A DNA stretch of 64,000 nucleotides from Octopus sinensis (Eukaryota). Under the pieces are notes generated by a model, which was not told the DNA's origin, searched no databases, and saw only the letters and a list, made by a program, of their open reading frames with translations. The DNA is taken from assembly GCF_006345805.1 (NCBI RefSeq), contig NC_043022.1, forward strand, positions 16,058,001-16,122,000, written 5' to 3'. Below are positions 1 to 12,460 of this stretch, piece after piece (the first letter of the stretch is position 1; each line of letters starts with the position of its first letter). The position numbers and the translations under genes were made by a program.

Positions 1-126
1 CAGCACTCAAAAGGAACTCAACTACTTTGCCTCCATGAGGCCCAGCACTCGAAAGGAACTTAGCCACTTTGCCTCCGTGAGGCCCAGAACGCAAAAGGAA
101 CTTAGCCACTTTGCCTCCGTGAGGCC
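1..126. repeat. 42-bp tandem repeat x3
   Basis: cagcactcgaaaggaacttagccactttgcctccgtgaggcc units. Confidence 0.9.
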
Positions 127-602
127 CCTTCAACAATCAGTATATCATTGAGAGAATGGAGAAAATCACTAATTTTAGGTCAGACCTATGCTGCCAGCAT
201 GGACCATGGACATAAGATGATGATAATGATGTTTTAATATGAAGACAGAGTCAGGTAATGAGCTGGCAGAATCATTAGCAAACAGGGCAAAAATGCTTAG
301 TGAAATTTCATCCGTCTTTATGTTCTGAGTTCAAATTCAACCAAGGTCAACTTTGCTTTTCATCCTTTCAGGGACAATAAAATAAAAACTAGTTGAACAC
401 TGAGGTTGATACAATCAACTTATCCACCCTGCTCCCTCAAAATTGCTGGCCTTGTGCCAAAATCTAAAAATAATGAGAGGGTGTAGAACCTTATGCAAAT
501 TCCATATTCAAACACACACGTTTATAAAAATGCTTAGCCATCACCCATAAGCAAAAGTAGGGACTTGGTAGCTTGGACTATGCTGTCACTAACTGCTTAA
601 AG

Positions 603-873
603 CAGTGGTTCCCAAAGTGGGCGGTACCACCCCCAGGGCGTTGAAGAAAAATGGGGTGGCAATGGGGTGACAAAAATTGGGGCAATGGGGTATAAAAAAA
701 TAAAAACACAAAATAAAAGGTTTATTAGGTTAAATTTTATTTGTGAAATACCGTTGTTTTGAATTTGTTGCAGAAAATGGTCTATGTCTGTGATGATGAG
801 TGGGGTGGAGGGCACTAGGTATGTGGCCTTATAACCAAGGGGTCGGCAGCCTGAAAAGGTTTGGGAACCACTG
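603..873. mobile_element. hAT (Charlie-type) MITE
   Basis: TIR CAGTGGTTCCCAAA / TTTGGGAACCACTG; 8-bp TSD gcttaaag / gtttaaag (7 of 8). Confidence 0.85.
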
Positions 874-1744
874 GTTTAAAGTACCAATGTAGTAGTGAGC
901 AGACACTAATGCCCTCTCCTCTCTCCTAACCAGGACTCAGTGAAATACTGAGGATGTGGTAGCTGGAGTGAGAGAGAAGACTACCCTAGTACTCATTTTC
1001 ACTGGAGCAACATGAAATGAGGTCCCTTGCACAAGGTTACAATGCACTGCCTGGCCTAGAAATTGAACCCACAATCTTATATCTAGTCTAATCTAGTGAT
1101 GCGCTGCCCTTGGGCAGGTCCTGTGTATGTGAACCTTCTCTAGTCCTCTCTCTATATAACTTAAGAAGGTCTGTACTCTCTCCTGTTAAGTAGATTACTG
1201 GAACTTCAGCGGCCATAACTAGACTTGTGATGAATACTGGAGTGATTTCCCATTGCCTTCTGCAGGCAGGTGGGATTTGAACTCAGAATCCAGAGAGCTG
1301 GAAGATGTACCATAAAGCATTTCTGTTGATGTGCCAATGATTCTGCAATTCTCCCACCAACAGAGCAAAGTGATATGAAGTATTTTTTCTCAAGAGCACA
1401 ACATGCTGCCTGGTCTGAGAATTGAACCAATGACCTTGAAATTGTAAGTGCAGCACCTTAACCACTAAGCCATGGGCCTTCACCAATCTTCCATCTATTA
1501 ATAAATAAATGAAATACAAACATGGCCCGGTAGTTAGGCAGCTGGACTCTTGATTATGAGGTCATGGGTTTGATTCCTTGTATGGGAGGCACCTAACCTC
1601 ACATTACTGCAATCCTCTCAGCTGGCCAAAACTAAGTATCAAAACTGACAGAGTGCTTGGTCAGTGTTAAAAATAGTATGGCAGCATTAATGAATTGGTG
1701 GTTTGACCAAAAACCTTCAGATATGATGGGAGATCCAACACAAG

Positions 1745-2143
1745 GTCCAGTCCTTTTAAGGGTATGGTGGCTTGTATGCCTTAAGGACCCTGAGAACAAT
1801 GCCTGTAGAGTGCAAGTTCCTGGTAGGACCTCCCATGCTGGACAGGGGTCAAAAGACTGAGACCAAACTAATAAGGATAGCCCTTTCCCCAGGGGTAAAA
1901 AAACAGGTTTGCATAGGGCCAAGATCCTCACCTGGGAAAAAAGCCGAGTTACAGAAACATCAATGACAATTGAAAACCAGCAACACATGAGAGGGGAAGG
2001 GTTTTTCTGAAAGGAATATATGAAGTGGGATAATGAGGCAGAACTGAAGAAGCAGGGATCCAGCTAGAGGGAAGCAGAAAAGACAGTTCAGAGTCTTTGA
2101 TGGCCTTTGCTCCAGAAGGGAGCGAACAGCTTCAGTAAGTAAT
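1745..2143 (+). mobile_element. Internally deleted RTE-type LINE (5' UTR-like part joined to 3' end)
   Basis: CCTGGTAGGACCTCCCATGCTGGACAGG...GACCAAACTAA resembles recalled RTE/Expander 5' UTRs. The 3' part reads EAELKKQGSS*REAEKT...GLCSRR and ends in cagtaagtaa. Confidence 0.5.
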
Positions 2144-2199
2144 GAAGAGATAGGTCCAGCAGTGAAATGCTAGATCCTAGTTTCACCTTTTACTCGTTA

Positions 2200-2550
2200 C
2201 ATCATCATCATCGTTTAACGTCCGCTTTCCATGCTGGCATGGGTTGGATGGTTCAACTGGGGTCTGGGGAGCCCGAAGGCTGCACCAGGCCAGTCAGATC
2301 TGGCAGTGTTTCTACTGCTGGATGCCCTTCCTAACGCCAACCACTCCGTGAGTGTAGTGGGTGATTTTATGTGCCACAGACACAGGTGCCAGATGAGGCT
2401 GGCAAACGGCCACGCTCGGATGGTGTTTTTTATGTGCCACCGACACAGGTGCCAGACGAGGCTGGCGAACGGCCACGCTCGGATGGTGTTTTTTATGTGC
2501 CACCGACACAGGTGCCAGACGAGGCTGGCGAACGGCCACGATTGGATGGT
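2200..2550 (-). mobile_element. Family B retroposon with (GAT)n tail and internal ~62-bp tandem units
   Basis: Ends ...ggacgttaaacgatgatgatg on minus; three gtgccaccgacacaggtgccaga units. Relatives near 5090-5380, 5409-5600, 26070-26252, 39020-39325, 52270-52727 and 63275-63540. Confidence 0.8.
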
Positions 2551-2663
2551 GTGTTGATATGGTTGACCAAACTCTTGAAGGCACAGCCCCATCATAGATG
2601 GTATCTAATAATGGTTGAGGCCAACAAAAGACTAAAAAAACTCCATCTATTGTCAGTTCTTAC

Positions 2664-2793
2664 CTTCATGGGCTTTCTTGATCTTAGAAAACATGATTTC
2701 AGCTTTTTTTTTCTCTGAATCCCCATGGTGTTTATCAGGGTGGTATATTTTGCTGAGCCGTCGGAAAGCATTGTTTATTTCTTCAAGGGTAGC
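2664..2793 (-). CDS. DNAJC11: DNAJC11-like coding exon 2 (ATLEEINNAFRRLSKIYHPDKHHGDSEKKKAEIMFSKIKKAHE), J-domain with HPD motif
   Basis: Acceptor ttttctcctccacag, donor G|GTAAGA, 130 nt, phase 0 to 1. Canonical HPD motif; aligns by eye to recalled human [43 protein letters not shown]. The J-domain is certain; the orthology call is from memory. Exon 3 not found in the window. Confidence 0.9.
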
Positions 2794-3329
2794 CTGTGGA
2801 GGAGAAAAACGTTTGGAAAGAAATTGATAATCTAAGTTTAAAAAGTTAGCAGCCGAGAAAAACAAATTCTGGTTATTTTATAGAAGACAGAAAAACATGG
2901 CAAACAAAATATAACAATAAAACAGTTCCCAGGAGTTGGATCAAGAAAGAAACTACGTATCTGACAGATCTTCAGTTGCAGGTAAACATTGTCTCTGCAT
3001 ACCTGAGGACTGTACTGTAGATTCTGATAAGCATTGGTTAATCATACTGGGTGAGACACAGTAGTGTTGCAAGCAGCATGTGCTGTGCTATGCCCCTGTG
3101 TCCCATCTACTTCTGTGCAAGGGTTGACTTCTATTTTGCCATCTTCCTTTCATCAAATTTTAATATGCCGTACTGTCAGCCAGTCCAATGCGTGACAGCT
3201 TGGAGGAAGAACTGAATTTGAAGTACAAATGATGACAGAAGGGTTAAATGTCGACGTCTCTATTGTTCTGAGAGTGAAAGAAAGAGACTTGTGAAGGGGT
3301 AAAAATTTAGATTGTGGTATTTTTGAAGA

Positions 3330-4200
3330 GTGCTTAGGACTGAAAATAAAATAACACCTGCTATGAATAATAATAATAACAATAATAATCCTTTCTACTA
3401 CAGACACAAGGCCAGGATATTTTGTGGGGTGGGTGGACAGTTGTTCACATCAACCCCAGTACTCAACTGGTACTTAATTTATCGACCCCAAAAGGATGAA
3501 AGGCAGTCGACCTCGACAGAATTTGAACTCAGAATGTAGCGACAGGCATGAAAGGCAAAGCTGACCTTGGCGAAATTTGAACTCAGACTGTAGTGGCATA
3601 TGAAATACCAATGAGCATTTTGCCTGGTGCGCTAATGATTCTGCCAGCTTGCTGCCTTAATAATAATGATGGTTTCAAATTTTGCCACAAGGGCAGCAAT
3701 TGTGGGGGAAGAGATGAGTCGATTACATCGACCCCAGTGTTTCAATGGTACTTAATTTATCGCCCCCCCCCCAAAAAAAAACGAAAGGCAAAGTTGACCT
3801 TGGTGGAATTTGAACTCAGAACGTGCAGACAGAAGAACTACTGCTAAGCATTTCATCCAGTATTCTAATGATTCCGCTAGCTCACAGCCTTGATAAATAA
3901 TAATAATGATAACAATAACTGTTTCTGATTTAAGTACAAGGCCAATAATTTTGACGAGGTGGTGGTGGTCAGTATCAGTGACCCTAGTACTTGACTACAT
4001 TGTGTTTGTCAAAGAGAGATGAAAGGCAAAGTTAACCTCAGTGGGGTTCCAACACAAATTGTAGGTACAATGCCTGAAATTTTAGGGGACGGTGGTCAAT
4101 CAATTACATCAATCTGAGTATTTGACTGGTACTTTATTTTATCAGTCCAGAGGGATGAAGGGCAAAGTTGACCTGTGTGAGATCTGAACTCAGATGGCAA
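3330..4200 (-). repeat. Cluster of short family D SINE fragments separated by (AAT)n
   Basis: Repeated ...ggatgaaaggcaaagt(c/t)gacct...gaatttgaactcaga. Confidence 0.8.
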
Positions 4201-4237
4201 AGAATTGAAAGAAACACTACCAAACAATTTATCCAAT

Positions 4238-4551
4238 GCTTCTTTCAGTTTCCATCTACCAAATACATTGACAAGGTTTTGGTCTGGCCAATTGTTCTTG
4301 TATCCCTGTTTTGCCTCACAACTTAGCTTGACCAATGGAGGGCTTCTTTCAGTTTCCATCTACCAAATACATTGACAAGGTTTTGGTCTGGCCAATTGTT
4401 CTTGTATCCCTGTTTTGCCTCACAACTTAGCTTGACCAATGGAGGGCTTCTTTCAGTTTCCATCTACCAAATACATTGACAAGGTTTTGGTCTGGTCAGC
4501 TAAAACTATTCTTGTATCCCTGTTTTGCTTCACAACTTAGCTTGACCAATA
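4238..4551. repeat. 104-bp tandem repeat x3 derived from SINE A sequence
   Basis: Units start at 4238, 4342 and 4446. Confidence 0.9.
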
Positions 4552-5364
4552 CCCTGTGAATGGTAATGCATAGACAGAGACTATACATAGAGCCACGAGA
4601 CAGGCATTTCCTGGTGTCCACAGTTATGCTTACGTTGGCTAAAACCATTCACGTGTCAGCAGTTCAATTAATTAGGCAACAGGTTGAACTAATTACTAGG
4701 ACTGATGTAATTGATTAACCCATTGAAGTTAGTATCCCAGCATGATAGAGGAAGTGGGGAGGACAGTGGACGGGTTTGGGGGCAGTGGTTTAGGTAATGA
4801 GGAACAGTGCCTTGGTGGGCTGGTGATTGCAGTATGGAGCTGAAGAAAGGATTATCGACAGAGTATTACTAAAGTAGCAACACAGCATGAGTTATAAATA
4901 AAGAGATAGCCGTGTGGTTAAAGAGGTTCACTTCCCAACTACAAGGTTTTGGGTTCAATCCCAGTGTTTGACACTTTTGGCATGTGTCTTCTACAATAGC
5001 CTTCAAAGCCTTGTAAGTGGATCTGGTAGACAGAAACTGAAAGAAGCCAATCTGCAAGTACTTGGTTACCCTGTCAGTGCAGGTGTCACTTAAAAGCACC
5101 CAGTCCACACTGTAAAGTGGTTGGTGGTCAGAAGGGCATCCAGCAGTAAAAACCCTGCCAAAACAGACCTCACCTGTGATTGTGCCACGTAAAAAGCACT
5201 AAGTCCACTCTGCCGAGTGGTTGTTGTTAGGAAGGGCATCCAGCTGTAAAAATCCTGCCAAAACAGTTACCGAAGTCTGGCGCAAGCTTCTGCCTGGCCA
5301 GCTCTAATCAAATTGTCCCATCAATGCCAGCATAGAAGGCAGACGTTAAACGATGACGATGATG

Positions 5365-5411
<47 letters not shown>

Positions 5412-5637
5412 ATCATCATTATCGTTTAGCATCTGCTTTTCATGCTGGCATGGATTAGACAATTTGACTGTAACTGGTAAACCAGAGAGCTGCATCAAGT
5501 TCCAGTCTGATTTGGCATGGTTTCTATGGCGCGATGCCCTTCCTAACGTCAATAACTCCAAGAGTGTAATAAATGGGTGCTTTTTCCTTTTCACCGGCAA
5601 GAATGCCAGTTATATGACAGTGGCACTGGCCATCAGC

Positions 5638-5674
<37 letters not shown>

Positions 5675-5984
5675 GTGTGTGTGTGTGTGTGTTTATGTCC
5701 CTTGGTCTTGACATGATAGCTGTGAATGAGCAGCATTGTGAGACAAGCAGTTGCCATTCATTTCCAATCTTTTGTAAAAATATGTTTTGCCATGAGGAAA
5801 CATTATCTTGCTTGGAAACAGGTGAGGGTTGGCGACACAAAGGATATCTGTCCATATAAGATCTGCTATATGCCATCTAGCCCCTGCAAACATAGAAAAG
5901 AGGACATTAAAACAATAATGATGATGATGATGATGATATAGTTATATATATAAGATGCTGTGCATGAGAAGAATGCTGTGCATG

Positions 5985-7833
5985 AGAAGACCCGGCAAGA
6001 CTAGTCAGGCCATAACCCGTGGCCCCGACCTGGGACGTAGTCAGTCCTGTGCATACCTTCCTTCTTGTGACACTTATGAAGACCTGTTGAGGCAAGTGAA
6101 AATCAAATCAAATCAAAACAAATCAAAATAGATGAACATCAGTGGAATTGTATTCTTTGTGGTACCAGTGCCGGTGGCACACAAGAAAACCACCCAAACG
6201 TGGCCGTAACCAGTACCGCATCGACTGGCCTCCGTGCTGTGGGCACAACAAACACCATCCGATCGTGGCGTTCGCCAGCCTCATCTGGCACCTGTGCCGG
6301 TGGCACATAAAGACACCATCCGAAGACCCGGCGACGTAGTCAGTCCACCTGTGCATACCTTCCCTCTTATGACACTTGTGAAGACCTGTGAGGCAAGTGT
6401 GTGACACTTGTGAAGACCTGTTGAGGCAAGTGAAAATCAAAAATCAAAAATCAAACCAAATCAAAATAGATGAATATCAATGGAATTTGTATCTTTGTGG
6501 TTCCAGTACCGGTGGCACACAAGAAAACCATCCGAAGTGGCCGTAGCTGGTACCGCATCGACTGGCCTCCGTGCTGTGGGCACAACAAACACCATCTGAT
6601 CGTGGCCGTTCGCCAGCCTCACCTGGCACCTGTGGTCGGTGGCACATAAAAACACCATCCAAAGACCCGGCGACGTAGTCAGTCCACCTGTGCATACCTT
6701 CCCTCTTATGACACTTGTGAAGACCTGTTGAGGCAGAGGCAAGTGTGTGACACTTGTGAAGACCTGTTGAGGCAGAGGCAAGTGTGTGACACTTGTGGAG
6801 ACCTGTTGAGGCAAGTGTGTGACACGCGTGACACTTGTGAAGACCTGTTGAGGCAAGTGAAAATCAAACCAAATCAAAATAGATGAACATCAATGGAATT
6901 TGTATCTTTGTGGTTCCAGTACCGGTGGCACACAAGGACACGCGTGACACTTGTGAAGACCTGTTGAGGCAAGTGAAAATCAAAAACCAAACCAAATCAA
7001 AATAGATGAACATCAATGGAATTTGTATCTTTGTGGTTCCAGTACCGGTGGCACACAAGAAAACCATCCGATCGTGGCCGTTCGCCAGCCACATCTGGCA
7101 CCTGTGTCGGTGGCACATAAAGACACCATCCGAAGACCCGGCGACGTAGACAGTCCACCTGTGCATACCTTCTTCTTGTGACACTTGTGAAGACCTGTTG
7201 AGGCAAGTGACACTTGTGAAGACCTGTTGAGGCAGTGAAAATCAAATCAAATCAAAACAAATCAAAATAGATGAGCATAAATGGAATTTGTATCTTTGTG
7301 GTACCAGTGCCGGTGGCACACAAGAAAATCATCCGAACGTGGCCGTAGCCAGTACCGCATAGACTGGCCTCCGTGCTTTGGGGACGTAACAAACACCATC
7401 CGATCGTGGCCGTCCGCCAGCCTCATCTGGCACCTGTGTCGGTGGCACATAAAAACACCATCCGAGCGTGGCCGTCTGCCAGCCTCGTTGGCACCTGCCA
7501 GCCTCATCTGGCACCTGTGTCGGTGGCACATAAAAACACCATCCGAGCGTGGCCGTCTGCCAGCCTCGTCTGGCACCTGTGTCGGTGGCACATAAAAACA
7601 CCATCCGAGCGTGGCCGTTCGCCAGCCTCGTCTGGCACCTGTGTCGGTGGCACATAAAATCACCCACTACACTCTCGGAGTGGTTGGCGTTAGGAAGGGC
7701 ATCCAGCTGTAGAAACACTGCCAGATCTGACTGGCCTGGTGCAGCCTTCGGGCTCCCCAGACCCCAGTTGAACCGTCCAACCCATGCTAGCATGGAAAAC
7801 GGACGCTAAATGATGATGATGATGATGATGATG
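5985..7833 (+). repeat. Family B element expanded into a nested tandem array
   Basis: A ~330-bp unit recurs about four times, with internal ~28-bp (cttgtgaagacctgttgaggc...) and ~61-bp sub-repeats; ends in the family B (GAT)n tail. Confidence 0.85.
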
Positions 7834-7845
7834 ATATATATATAT

Positions 7846-8150
7846 GTGGAGGCGCAATGGCCCAGTGGTTAGGGGAGTGGATTCGCGGTTGTAGGATCGC
7901 TGTTTCAATTCCCAGACTGGGCGTTGTGAGTGTTTATTGAGCAAAAACGCCTAAAAGCTCCACGAGGCTCCGGCAGGAGGTGGTGGTGGTGATCCCTACT
8001 GTACTCTTTCATCCCAACTTTCTCTCACTCCTTCTTCTGTTGGCCTGCTTGCTTAGCCAGCAGGGTGGCGTCATTTGAAGGCTAAAAAAAACAATGCAAT
8101 TGTGACCAGCGATGTGTAGCAACATCTGATAGCCTGGTCGGTCACGTGAT
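7846..8150 (+). mobile_element. tRNA-derived SINE family C (head gtggaggcgcaatggcccagtggttagg)
   Basis: A/B-box-like head; related copies at 63686-63971 (-), 45607-45994 (-), ~20290-20510 (-) and a head only at ~31190-31258 (-). Confidence 0.85.
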
Positions 8151-8441
8151 ATATATATATAGTCTCACTGTTAAACTAGGTTCAGGATCACCATTTTGGC
8201 AGTCTTTACAGCTCAACAAGGAATGCTCACCTCCAGCCTTTCTTTAAGGATGCTGTCCAGAAGGTATAGTTGTGTGCCAGGTTTACCATCTGCAGATGTG
8301 TGAGCAGTACATTTATGTGAAAGCACTTGTGCTTTGTTGCAAGTTAGTAACTGTTCTAAATCGAAGTATTTTCTGGTACTAAAGAAGAAATAGGTAATTG
8401 ATAAGGGCCGTCATAGATGCTGAGTGATAGAGGTGCTTTTA

Positions 8442-8661
8442 CCCTTTAGCATTCAGATTACTCTGTCAAATGTAATGCTTATTTATACACATTATTTTCA
8501 ACTAGTCGTCTCTCATCTCATAGCTTTGAGATTTTGATGATGTGATTGTTTAGTTTTTGAGTGACATAGTACGACAGGTGTGAAAGGTTGAACCTGGCGA
8601 TTTTGAACATAAAACAGGGAGAAGATTTTGGCCAGATAAGGCCAGTTTAAATACTAAAGGG
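8442..8661 (+). mobile_element. piggyBac-like MITE
   Basis: TTTA|CCCTTTAG ... CTAAAGGG|TTAA termini; a diverged inverted copy lies at 39534-39755. Confidence 0.7.
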
Positions 8662-10679
8662 TTAACAAGGTTTTGTAGAGTGCCGGAAGGTGATTTTATT
8701 TAGGCGTCCTGTTCAAAATTATGGAGGTTGTAATATTGTAATTTTGTTTGAGTGTTTTAATGTTGTTGAATGAGATTAGGTTACAATGCTTCTATTGTAG
8801 GATGTGTCTAGGACCCTTTTCATTTACCATGTCAACCCTTATCTTTACTTGCTTGTTTCAGTCTGTGGCTATGCTGGGGCACCACCTTGAAGAGCTTTTA
8901 GTTGAATGAGTCGATCTCAGGACTTAATTTCTTTGGAAAAGCCTGGTGCTTATTCTATCAGTCTCTTTTGCCAAACTGCTAAGATATGGGGATGTAAACA
9001 AACCAACACCAGTTGTCAAGCACTGGTGTGTGACAAACAGGTACACACAGATACAGATGATGTGGTGGTGGTGGAGGAGAAAGTCTTTATAACACGGCAG
9101 ACAGAACAGGGAAACTTCTGATCAAGGATCGGAGGGAGGTTGAAACACGTAAGTTGGGAAACTTAACTAGATAGTTAAGTGTTTTGATGATGTCAAGGGC
9201 AATAAGTATACACACGAATTAAAAGCGTTTAGGAAGTTGAGAGCATGTATGTATGTATTAGACAAACAACAGATAATTATGAACTCAGTACCTCAAACAA
9301 TGAGTGCTCCTTTGACAAAATGATCGAAAGTGCTTAAAGTGCAGAGGTACACAAGTAGGCGAACGTGCTGCGATTTAATGAACTTTAACCAGCCGACAAG
9401 AAAATTCATGACAGATCTTGAGAATAAAAACAGAAGCCATAATATAGATAGAAATTTGGATAATAATAATTTTTCTTTTCGTTGTTTTGTTCTTTATCTT
9501 CGTGGGTTATCGGTTTCTCTACGGGGCAATATTAGCCAATTGTTGCGTAAGACAGTATCCTGAAGTTTACTTAGTTAATGCTGTACAACGAATATGTGGC
9601 TAAAATTTGAAATAGTAAAATACGCACCGAATATGATCTTTGTGTGTCTTATTAATAACAAGGTTTAAGAAACTACATGTCGTTCCCTAATGAGCCGAGG
9701 GCACCGGTTCGATTTCCAAGTAGTGTCAGTTTCACTTCGTTTGTGTAGTAAAATGCCCTTGTCGTGAGAATTTTAAATAACCAAATACAATAACTTGGAA
9801 CGAGCGTTTGAAAGAAAATAATAACAACAACAATAAGAGCAGTATCATTATTAAAAGAACCCCCCCAACCATTCAAACAAGTTTATTACATAAATATAGT
9901 AATAAGAGGAAAGTACTGAGGACCTGGTACGATTACCGGTAGCAGACAGGTTACTCCACTGAACGTTGTCAATGAATGCTCTTGAGGGGGACGAATGTTA
10001 GCACAACCTTGTAGGTTTTCCCTTTAAAAAATGTGTGGCCTTGAACGTAATTAGGAAATCGTTATTCCATTAGTAAATGTTTTTAACGTGCAGCCGTGAA
10101 TGGAGTGAAGGAATGTTGTTAATTAATCAATGGCTAATCTTAACGTGTTTACGGGGGAAAGGTAGAAAGAAAGAAAGAAAATAAAGCAAAGGCAGAGAAA
10201 TAAAACTGTTCACCTGAACACGATCAGAGCAACAGAAGCGATCAATTTCTGATACCCGAAAGAATTAAAGAACGGGTTATACATTATTTAGAAAATATTT
10301 CCTAACTTTTAAGGTCAGACGGGTCATTTAGAATAAGAAAATAAGTTGTCATGCGGCACTGAAACCGATAAAAAAAAGGGATGAAACAGGAATATATAAG
10401 AGCTACAGTTGTTTTTGTAACCCCAAACAAGAAGGACATTCTCAAGTGGCACCTTTGTATGTATTATAGTTTAAATAAAGGACACAAGGAGACTGGTATC
10501 GTCTCCTTTCTTCGTCGATGCTGGAGAGAGAAAGTAAATTTGCTTCCATAGTGAAAGAAAAATGTTATCAGACGAAGCTTGGTTATTTCCAGGGAGAAAT
10601 ACCACCAGATGTCAGCAAACATTTTAAACAAATAATGCAAAATGAGGTTAGATTTTCGTTAACAAAACATAAGTCGAAC

Positions 10680-10754
10680 CTTTCTATCGACGTTTAGCCA
10701 AGCATAATAATCCTCTTGCACCAATTCCTCGTTGTCCTCCATGGGAGCAGCCAT
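10680..10754 (-). CDS. DNAJC11: DnaJ homolog subfamily C member 11-like, coding exon 1 (MAAPMEDNEELVQEDYYAWLNVDRK)
   Basis: ATG at 10754-10752, 25 open codons, phase-0 donor AAG|GTTCGA at 10679. EDYYxxLNV is the start of J-domain helix I and resembles the recalled human DNAJC11 N-terminus (EDYYSLLNVRRE). Splices in frame to exon 2664-2793. Confidence 0.85.
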
Positions 10755-11559
10755 TTTTACTGGTTTACGATAACGGTCGGTTAATGCCGAAAAAATATTT
10801 CAGGTAATTTCACCATCTTCCAACAGAATTCCACCTAACTTTATTATCTAATTGTTAATAAATAAAATTGGCAAATATAGGTGTTTCATTCAAATAAATA
10901 ATCCACTTTAAGAAAACCATAATAAAAGCCCAAATATTATGTAATGCTGCGTGATTGCTGTTCAGTTTGATTTAGCAGTCGGCAGCTTCCTGTAATGATT
11001 TATTATTCTGTTATAATGTTTAAAAACAAAATAAAGATTTGTTTATCTATCCATTGTCTTTTTCTTTTCTTTGACAGCTTCATTGCTGCAATCAAAATAA
11101 ATGTAATATTATTCCTCCCCGAAAAGAAAAACAAACAACAATAAACATTAATATAGTTGTATAGTTTTCACGAAGCATCGTCTGGTATGTTTTTAATTAT
11201 TATTTTTTAATACAAAGCCAAAACGATGCAAGCCACGAAGAGTTAACCATACAAAACAATGGTTAGTACTTTTGCTTAGTACGTCAATATTTCAAGGTTA
11301 GAATAACTTCTTCAGGGAAATATTCAAAGAAAAGGTGTTGTTAGTGGACTTTGCTGAAGATTTTCTGAAGAAGTCATAACTCTGAAATATTGAAATACTC
11401 GGTAAAAGTAACAAGCCATCGACCTTTATCATTAATTTTTTTACAACTTTCACTGATTTTGCTTTAATAAAAAACACTAAACATTTAGATATTTAATATA
11501 CAATACAATTTTTTCCAAAACAGAAACAACAAATTTTTTGTTAATTTATGCCGCAGTAG

Positions 11560-11689
11560 CGTGACCTCTTGGTATTGTATAGCAGGCGGTCACTTCCGTT
11601 GGCGCAGGCGCGTTAGTGAAGCAGCCGACCTGGCATTTGGCTGATGCGGATTACTGCTGTCCCAGCCTGGAATCACTGAAAAGGTGAGT
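11560..11689 (+). promoter_or_regulatory. Promoter and non-coding first exon of a plus-strand transcript divergent from DNAJC11
   Basis: CpG-containing island with ETS/GABP-type CACTTCCG (11591-11598), NRF1-type GCGCAGGCGC (11602-11611) and a consensus donor AAG|GTGAGT at 11684. The only ATG opens an 11-codon ORF that stops before the donor. Confidence 0.6.
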
Positions 11690-11944
11690 TTTATCAACCG
11701 ACTTGTTGACATTCTTACACACTCGCTCTTATCCATATCAATGTCGATTTAGACTAAACTTCCTACGGCCAAAAAAGTTTCTTCAATTTTTTTTCTCCAT
11801 TGTCAAGCGATTTTACTCTTTTTTGTCATTCAATTCTTCCTTTTTTTCCCCCGTCTTTCACTCTACCTCTCTCTTTCGGTTTTCTCCTCATCTTTTCTTC
11901 TCAGAGATATTTATATCCGTCATAAACACACACCCATGCTCATC

Positions 11945-12028
11945 CATCCATCTGTCTATCTGTCTATCTCTCTATCTATCTCTGTCTGTCTATCTATCTA
12001 TCTGTCTATCTCTCTATCTATCGGTTTG

Positions 12029-12119
<91 letters not shown>

Positions 12120-12460
12120 ATCTATCTATCTTTCTATCTATCTTTCTATCTTTCTATCTATCTATCTTTCTATCTATCTTTCTATCTATCTATCTTTCTA
12201 TCTATCTTTCTATCTATCTATCTATCTTTCTATCTATCTATCTATCTTTCTATCTATCTATCTTTCTATCTATCCATCTATCTATCTATCTTTCTGTCTT
12301 TCTATCTGTCTGTCTGTCTATCTATATATGCATAAATATATAATCAAATATATATATATGTATATACATATACATTTATGTATACATATACATAAATGTA
12401 TATATATATATATAGATATGTACATACACACCCATTTATGCATATACATGAACTTGTAAG
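11945..12460. repeat. (TCTA)n / (TA)n microsatellite
   Basis: Direct inspection. Confidence 0.95.

Noticed and set aside
11636-11700. CTGATGC...TGAAA as a hammerhead or C/D snoRNA
   Set aside because: Core mismatch, no stem I or III, too short for a C/D RNA; better explained as a 5' UTR exon ending at a consensus donor.
11703-12343. 210-aa ORF, and similar long ORFs at 13.4, 20.9, 31.7, 33.5 and 34.3 kb
   Set aside because: Translations of microsatellites or low-complexity tracts that lack stop codons by composition.
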